Below are positions 56,522-64,000 of a stretch of DNA of 64,000 nucleotides, piece after piece. The notes below the pieces were generated by a model, which saw only the letters and a list, made by a program, of their open reading frames with translations, did not search any database and was not told the origin of the DNA. The position numbers and the translations under genes are program-made. Origin of the DNA: Eledone cirrhosa (lineage: Eukaryota); NCBI GenBank assembly GCA_964016885.1, contig OZ024743.1, positions 156,116,001 through 156,180,000 of the forward strand, read 5' to 3'. Every line of letters starts with the position of its first letter. Position 1 is the stretch's first letter.

Positions 56522-57357
56522 TTATATATATATATATGTATATACGATATTAAACAAATGGAAACTATATTTATAAAACCATATTTATTTCGTTATATAT
56601 ATTTCTGGGATATATTAAAAATATGGTATGCCTTCCTTAGACAAAATACAATATATAAGCTGTTTTATAAATAATGTTGACATACCTTATAATAATGCAA
56701 CTTCCATTTAAAAAGTTGATTTGGTAGTGAAACTGCTAGGACAGTTATATAGAAGGAAAAACGAAGAAAAGCCAAGATGAAAAGAAGAAGATGAAGAGAT
56801 GTATGTAAATAAAAAAGAAGATGAAAAGATGTATGTAAAGAAAAACAACAGAGCGAGATAGAGAGAGAAGGAGATATGGGAGAGAGAAATACATTGAGGA
56901 AGTGAAAAAATAGTAGGCAGCTTGGGGACAGATGATCATCGTATATGTGAGAGGTTAAGGAGGGAAGGGATACAGTTAAAATAGCCGACACATAAATCAC
57001 GTCCAGTGTAGAGGAGAAAAAGAAAGAAAGATGATATATTTAAAATATATTAAAAATACATTATGTCTCATCCATTTGAATTATCAATGTTTATGAATTA
57101 GGTATTATAATGTAAATATCAGTATTCATGAATGAGACACATATCCATAATGTGTGAAAAAATGACCCGATGCTTAGCCTAAAAATTCTTAGGTCTATCC
57201 CAGAAATATATATAACGAAATAAATATGGTTTTATAAATATATTTTCCATTTGTTTAATATCGTAAACCTACTCCAAAAACTGTTGAGTGCTTTTATATC
57301 AGTTATAAAGTATTTACTCGTTGTAACCCAACAATTTTAAAATAAAACTTTTGCATA

Positions 57358-57433
<76 letters not shown>

Positions 57434-57550
57434 ATATTAATAAATGGAAACTATATTTATAAAACCATATTTATTTTATTATACATATTTCACGGGCAAT
57501 CAAGGCAAATTATGGTGCGCTTTCATGAGATAAAATATTTGTTTTATAAA
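56230..57550. repeat. Cluster of short PLE-type termini with degenerate hammerheads (56260-56324 +, ~56587-56648 -, 57472-57537 -); another copy at 63740-63860
   Basis: Shared AATAAATATGGTTTTATAAATATAGTTTCCATTT; cores CTTATGA, CTAAGGA and CTCATGA with GAAA-TAT.TA-TA. Confidence 0.65.
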
Positions 57551-58019
57551 TAAATATTGACATATTTAAGATTCGGTTTAAACACGTTTCATTAACGTGA
57601 TCAAGCAAATTAAGGTGTCTACGATATGTACAATATACATTTATTTCCATCTATACATACATACATGATGGCTGCCCCCTCGTTATCGAGTATGGCCATT
57701 GCACGAGAAGAAAAAAAAAAAATAAATAAATAAATAAATAAAAATAAAAATAAAAAAATAAAAAAATAATAATAATAATAATAATAAATAAAAAAAAGAG
57801 AGAAATATATATATATATACATACATACATATATACATACACACATACATACACATACACACATATACACACACATACATTAATAACAATAATAATAATA
57901 ATAATAGCAATAATAATAATAACGACAACAACAATAATAATATACATATTCATATATATATACACACACACGCACGCACATAAGCATATCTACACACACA
58001 CACAAACACATACACGATA

Positions 58020-61000
58020 GCAACTAATAGTGCTGCGGTCGAATGTGGCTGTTTAGCCCAGCCAATGATCTAAAATGTCTTGCACAGAGTTGGCAACCAA
58101 AACATTCACTGGGAATAGTCGGCTGTGGTTGGAGTTCGTGTACGTTTACATGTCGCTTGAGCCCTCCTGCTGATTTACATTCTCTACCACATGTTTGGCA
58201 AGCATGATGAGTAGCATCTCCAACAGCAGCCTGGTAGTCAACCACTGGCCTTACTTTATGACTGCGAAGATGACTTTCGAGTCCAGCTTTGCTTAGGCAG
58301 AGTCTCGCACAGACGTCGCATGTCAGCACCATAGGAGGACTCTCGCCGTCTGGAAGTGCAACAGCAATGCCCTTCCTCACATCCCGCTTTACTTTCTCGT
58401 GTGCGATTCGAGATGCCTCAAAGGCAACTTTTCCCTCATATACAGTCTTTCTCCATTTATTACGATCAGTAGCAATATTTTCCGATGTATCAGCAGAGAT
58501 GTTAGCGTCTTTCAGAGAGGCTTTCAAGGAATCCTTATACCTCTTTTGGGGTTTATGTGGCGGTCGTTCTCCTTTAACCAACTCTCCCTAGAAGAGTTGT
58601 TTTGGTATTCTAGAATCCTTCATCCTGGCAAGGTGACCACTCCAACGGAGTCGTTGCTTAAGCACAAGAGCTTCTATACTGTCACACATAGAGCTTTCCA
58701 AAATCTCGACATCACTGATGTGGTCCTTCCAGTGAACGCCATGGATCCGTCTGAGACACATCTGATGGAAACGCTCCAATTGCTTAAGGTGGTGTCGATA
58801 TGTGACCCAGGTCTCGCAGGCATAAAGAAGACAAGAGAGTGCACATGCCCTGTACCCCCTTACCTTTGTCCTCCTGCATATGTCTCGCCGACCCCAGAGT
58901 CGCCTTTCTAGCTTTCCGAAAGCATCACTTGCTTTCCTAATCCTAAGTGAGATTTCACCGTCAAGGTTGCCGTATCGATTGACAGTGTTTCCAAGGTAGA
59001 CAAACTGATCAACCACTCCAAGTCGTTTGCCATACACATAGATGTTTGGTTCAGTGTACTGCTTACTAGGGGCAGGTTGGTACATGACGACGGTTTTCTT
59101 GAGACTGACAGTCAAACCCAGGGCAGTGCAAGCGTCAGAAAATGCATTCAAATTGTGCTGCATATCACTCTCTGTGTGCGCTGCAAGATCTCAATCATCT
59201 GCATACAAGAGGTCCTCTTATGACTGATGTAAATACTTTTGTCTTCGCAGCAAAGCGCCTGATGTTAAATATGCTGCCTGAGGTTCGATATCGGATGTAA
59301 ACACCATGCTCGCAATTCCTGAATGCAATACAGAAAACCATTGCAAAGTATATGGCAAACAGGGTCGGTGCTGGAATATCCCCCTGTTTCACTCCATTTT
59401 TTACTGAGATAGGCTCCGACATGTTACTTCCAACATTAACCCAAGCCTTCATGTCGTCATGGAAAAACCTAACTAAAGCAAGGAACTTATCAGGGCAACC
59501 AAGTTTCTGGATAACCTTCCATAATGCATCTCTGTTGACAGTATCGAAAGCCTTTGTCAGATCGACAAAAACCTGATACAGATCCAAGCCTTGTTCAAAG
59601 CACTTCTCCTGGAGCTGTCTAGCTGAGAAGATCATATCAGTAGCGCCGCGTCCAGCACGAAAACCAGATTGACTTTCAGGAAGAACACAATCTGCAATGT
59701 GTGTCAGCAAACGGTCCAGAAGCACCCTACATAAAACTTTCCCTACGACAGAAAGCAATGATATACCTCTGTAGTTCCCACAATCATACCTGTTACCCTT
59801 TCCCTTGTACAAGACCACCATTACTGCATCTCTCCAGTCCTCAGGTACGGATTCATTAGCCCATATCCCTCCAAACAAAGAGTGAAGATGTTGCAGGAGT
59901 CTCTCACCACCATATTGTAGGAGCTCAGCATGTATGCCATCCATACCTGGAGATCTTCCACTGTTCAGCCTCGAAATAGCCACTGCAACCTCCACAAGCG
60001 TCGGAGGTTCTGCAAGAGCTACTTTCACAGGACTTTCTGGAATGAGATTGAGGAAATCTTCACTGACGACAGACGGCTGATTCAAAAGATCATCAAAGTG
60101 CTCTTGCCACCTTCGTAGAATTCCCTGTGAGTCACGAAGAAGTTCTTTGCCATCATTGCTGCGAAGCGGTGTCACCAGAGAAGAAGACAGTCCATAAACC
60201 TCACGCAAGAGTCTGTACAACAGCTTTGTGTTATTGGAATCAGACGCAGTTTGTATCTCACCAGCCTTCTCACTCCACCACCGATCCTTCATCTGAGAAA
60301 GACTCCGCCTAACACGTGATTTTACATCCCTGAGCTCCTCATGCAACGTATTCCTCTCCTGTGGTTTTGCCGTCAAGTAGCGTGACAGAGCACGCCTCTT
60401 ATCAGCCAACAAGTCTTCTATATGTACATCATTCTCATTAAACCAGTCCTGATGTTTTCTCTGCACCAATCCCAGAACACGCCTGCCTACATCATAAACC
60501 GACTTTTTAAGGGTCGGCCAATCCTCACCAAGATCTGCAGCCTGCATCTCTTCTTCCAATGTCCTCTTCACATTTTTATCCTTAAGACGAGCAGCGTTCA
60601 ATCTTTTGGGCAAGGTAACACCAGGAGCCCGGATTTTACGTTTGGTGATTAGTTTCACTTTTGCGCGTACCAGGCGGTGGTCCGTCCAGCACTCAGCTCC
60701 ACGAAGAACACGAACACACTGCACATCCTGTCTGTCACGCATCCTGACTAGGACGTAGTCCAAAATATGCCATTCCTTAGATGCAGGATGCCTCCATGTG
60801 GTCTTGAATTTGTTCTTTTGTTGGAACATGGTGTTGGTAACACACAGATCCAGCTCCTCTCACATCTGCAGCAGGAGCATACCATTGCTGTTACACTTTC
60901 CCACCCCATGCCCTCCGATTACATTCCATGTGTTAAAATTCTTACCCACTCTAGCATTAACGTCACCAAGCACGATGACTTTGTCTGCCTGAGGGATATT

Positions 61001-61930
61001 TCTTAGAACACCTTTCAAGGCATGGTAAAAGGACAGTTTTTCTTCATCGACAGAATTCATAGTTGGAGCATACACACTCACCAGGGTAGCATATCTTCCT
61101 TTGTCCAGCGGAACTCTCATGGACATAAGACGCTCACTAATCCCTACTGGGAATTCTTCTAATTTATTCACAAGTACAGTCTTGACAGAAAATCCTACCC
61201 CAGCCTCTCTTCTGGTTCCTTCATCTCTTCCTTTCCAGAAGAATGTATATTCTCCACAAAATTCCGTAAGATGACCATCTCCAGCTAACCTCGTCTCAGA
61301 TAAAGCCACGATGTCAAGATCGTAGCGTCGAAGCTCCTTTGCAACAAGAGCGGTCCTTCGTTCAGGACGCTCCAATGAATCCCTGTCAAGCAGCGTCCAT
61401 ACGTTCCAGCAGCCAAGACTAAATGCCCTGTTTGGCTCTATTACAATGGCACGATGACGAGCGGGCCCAGGCTGTGATAACTTGGGGACCCTGCCCTTAT
61501 TGCCAATGATCTTTTTTGTTCCAGACCCTAAATTGCCAATTATCTCTTTTACATTGTTCTGGAACATCATTGAATTGGAAAAAAAAAAAAAAAAATTAAT
61601 AATAATAGTAATAATAATAATAATGATAATAGTACACTCTTAATAATTATTAATGCACTCGTGCAATGCCTGTGCGTGACGAATATTTTTAAAGTGAGGA
61701 AAGACTTTGCACTGAGCCAATCCCACTCTCTGAGCGACAGTAGCTATAACCCGAAAAGAAGAAAAGATCAACATCATCGGTAACTACTGAGCCGCAGGTT
61801 TTATATCGGAGTTAACCCAGTTTCCTGAGATGCCTTCTCCTAGAAGAATGCCCTGACAAGGGCTAGGGGTTCTTCACTCCCAGTGGTTTAACTGCCCGAT
61901 CGGGCATCCAGCCCGATTATTTCTATGTCC
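58020..61930 (-). mobile_element. Near-intact RTE-clade LINE: 5' UTR, APE endonuclease, RT and three C-terminal C2H2 zinc fingers
   Basis: GCWNV.TL, ALSETR, GVGF, SVYAPT, LGD.NARVG; NYRGISLL, FVDL.KAFD, GVKQG, YADD; CxxC-x12-HxxxH fingers. Lesions: TGA at 60860, frameshift near 59212, TGA near 59191, TAG at 58588. Confidence 0.92.
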
Positions 61931-62159
61931 CCGCGCGCAAAAAAAAAAAAAAAATCACTTATTGACAATTATACGTACGACATACACACACACACGCATA
62001 CATATGCGCGCACACAGCAACACTCATACATACAAACAAACACACACACACGCTACTCTACTCACTTACACGCACACACACACATATATATATATATATA
62101 TTACCGTCATTACTGATACAAGATTACAAGATTATGTCAACTGTTGACTTTCAAGAGTT

Positions 62160-62340
62160 TGTATAGTTGAAGCCGATCGTATTACAGTCCAGTATTATTA
62201 TAATTGCTATCCACGCTCTGAGCTCAAATCCCGCCGAGGTCAACCTTGCCCTTCATCCCCACGGAGTCAACAAATGAGAGTACCAGTGATGCGCTGGCCA
62301 GTCGCTGGATCCGTGCCAAAAGCAGAAAAATTATTATTAA
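62160..62340 (+). mobile_element. Diverged SINE copy
   Basis: CTGAGCTCAAATCCCGCCGAGGTCAACCTTGCCCTTCATCC...GTACCAGT...ATTATTATT. Confidence 0.65.
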
Positions 62341-62429
62341 AGTTGTTTTCTTAAGACCCGGTCGCTGGTGATGTTGATGGCGACGGCGGTGGTGGTGGTG
62401 GTGGCAGTTGATGTTGTTGTGTTGTGTGA

Positions 62430-62482
<53 letters not shown>

Positions 62483-62490
62483 TTTATACA

Positions 62491-63640
62491 TGGTGGCTGC
62501 CAACTCGTTTTCGAGTATGGCCACTACTCCATGTAGGAGAACCCCTACCGATGTGCTGAACGAGTGTGACTTTTTAGTCTAGCCAGCGACTTGAAAACTC
62601 TGGTACAAACACTATACTTGTGACAATTATTGACACTTAGTGCTGGGCCCATGGTATCATGTGACGACAAGTGCAGGGAGATCTCCAGATATAAAGCAAT
62701 GCCTGTGCCGTGAAGCTTTTATAGTGAGCAAAGGCACTGCACAAAGCCAGTCACACATATATACACATACATATACATATATATGTACACACACATACAC
62801 ATACATATGTACACACATACATATACATACACATGTACACACATATATACATATATATGTACACATATACATATATATGTACACATATATACATATCTAT
62901 GTACACACACATATACACACATATGTACACATACATATACATACACATGTACACATATATATGTACACACATATACATATACATATATATGTACACACAC
63001 ACATATATGCATACATATGTACACATATATATATGGTGGCTGCCAACTCGTTTTCGAGTACGGCCACTACTTTATATCCATGTAGGAGAACCCCTACCGA
63101 TGCGCTGAACGAGTGACTTTTTAGTCCAGCCAGCGACTTGAAAACTCTGGTACAAACACTACACTTGTGACAATTATTGACACATAGTGCTTTGCCTTTG
63201 GTACCATGTGACGACAAGTGCAGAGAGATCTCCAGATACAAAGCAATGCCTGTGCCGTGAAGCTTTTATAGTGAGCAAAGGCACTGCACAAAGCCAGTCC
63301 CACTCTCTTAACCAAGATGATATTTAACAAAAAGAAGAACAAGTCAACATCATTGGATACCATCTGGGCTGCAGGTTGTATATCAGAGTTTTCCTTCTCC
63401 TAGAATTCTGCCTTGACAAAGGCTAAGGTGTCATCTCTCCCACTGATTTTGGATGGCCATTGACTCTTAAGAGCTCCTTTGCCCTTTGACAGGTTTTGTT
63501 TTTAGTCCTGCAGGATGTCCAAAGTCACCCTCCTCACCAAGAAACCTTGGTGGGGTTGCCAGTTTAGTCGCCAACGACCCGACCATGAGACAGGTTGTAC
63601 TGGGATACATGTTACCAGTAGCACCAAGTGGTGACCTGAC
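62491..63640 (-). mobile_element. Non-autonomous bipartite RTE derivative (63033-63640) plus a second copy of its 3' part (62491-62752)
   Basis: 63365-63445 resembles the RTE 5' UTR at 61790-61885 (GCAGGTT.TATATC.GAGTT...CCTTCTCCTAGAA...TGACAA.GGCTA); the adjacent part encodes CSVCTRVFKSLAGLKSH, like the last RTE zinc finger. Confidence 0.7.
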
Positions 63641-64000
63641 ATATTTATACATATTTATACATACAGACATAGATACAAACATACATTTTATACATAGATA
63701 TTCATGTATATAAATATATATGTATCTATATATACAATATAGTATATATTAATAAATGGAAACTATATTTATAAAACCATATTTATTTTATTTATATAAG
63801 GGCAACCAAGCCAAATTTTGGTGCGCTTTCATCAGATAAAATACAAATTTGTTTTATTAAAACTGACATACCCGCATAAAGACAACCTTAACGGTTGACA
63901 TTCGCTGGATAGTTTAAAAAATATTTTATTGAGGGTGATTCAAAGTTATGAGTAAGTATGCAAATGAGTGTCAGAAAAATTGAAAAAACAACGGTTTATA

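Noticed and set aside
58024-58581. Host C2H2 zinc-finger gene
   Set aside because: In frame with, and contiguous to, the RTE RT C-terminus
58588-60862. Two in-frame TGA codons at expected Cys positions of the RTE ORF, suggesting selenocysteine
   Set aside because: A TAG stop and a frameshift are also present and I identified no SECIS; ordinary decay is the simpler explanation

Overview
AT-rich, microsatellite-laden eukaryotic DNA, very probably octopus (inferred from the tRNA-derived SINE family and repeat landscape). I found no recognisable host protein-coding gene, and nearly all six-frame ORFs are microsatellite artefacts. The window is a nest of retroelements: at least 7 Penelope-like element (PLE) copies or fragments, many with inverted terminal arms, one nearly intact (31.5-37.6 kb). 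It also holds a Tx1/L1-like LINE, R4/Dong-like and CRE-like fragments, a near-intact RTE LINE with C2H2 zinc fingers, a bipartite RTE derivative, a non-autonomous Helitron and SINEs. Two signals stand out. (1) More than 20 type-I hammerhead ribozyme (HHR) motifs were read by eye, including a non-coding ~425-bp tandem array (40.8-43.8 kb) with one minimal HHR per unit, a retrozyme-like candidate template for self-cleaving monomers or circular RNAs. (2) An HIV-like U_UUU_UUA slippery site sits in the right frame to join the upstream ORF of the near-intact PLE to its RT-endonuclease ORF by -1 frameshifting. All folds and family calls are manual and untested.
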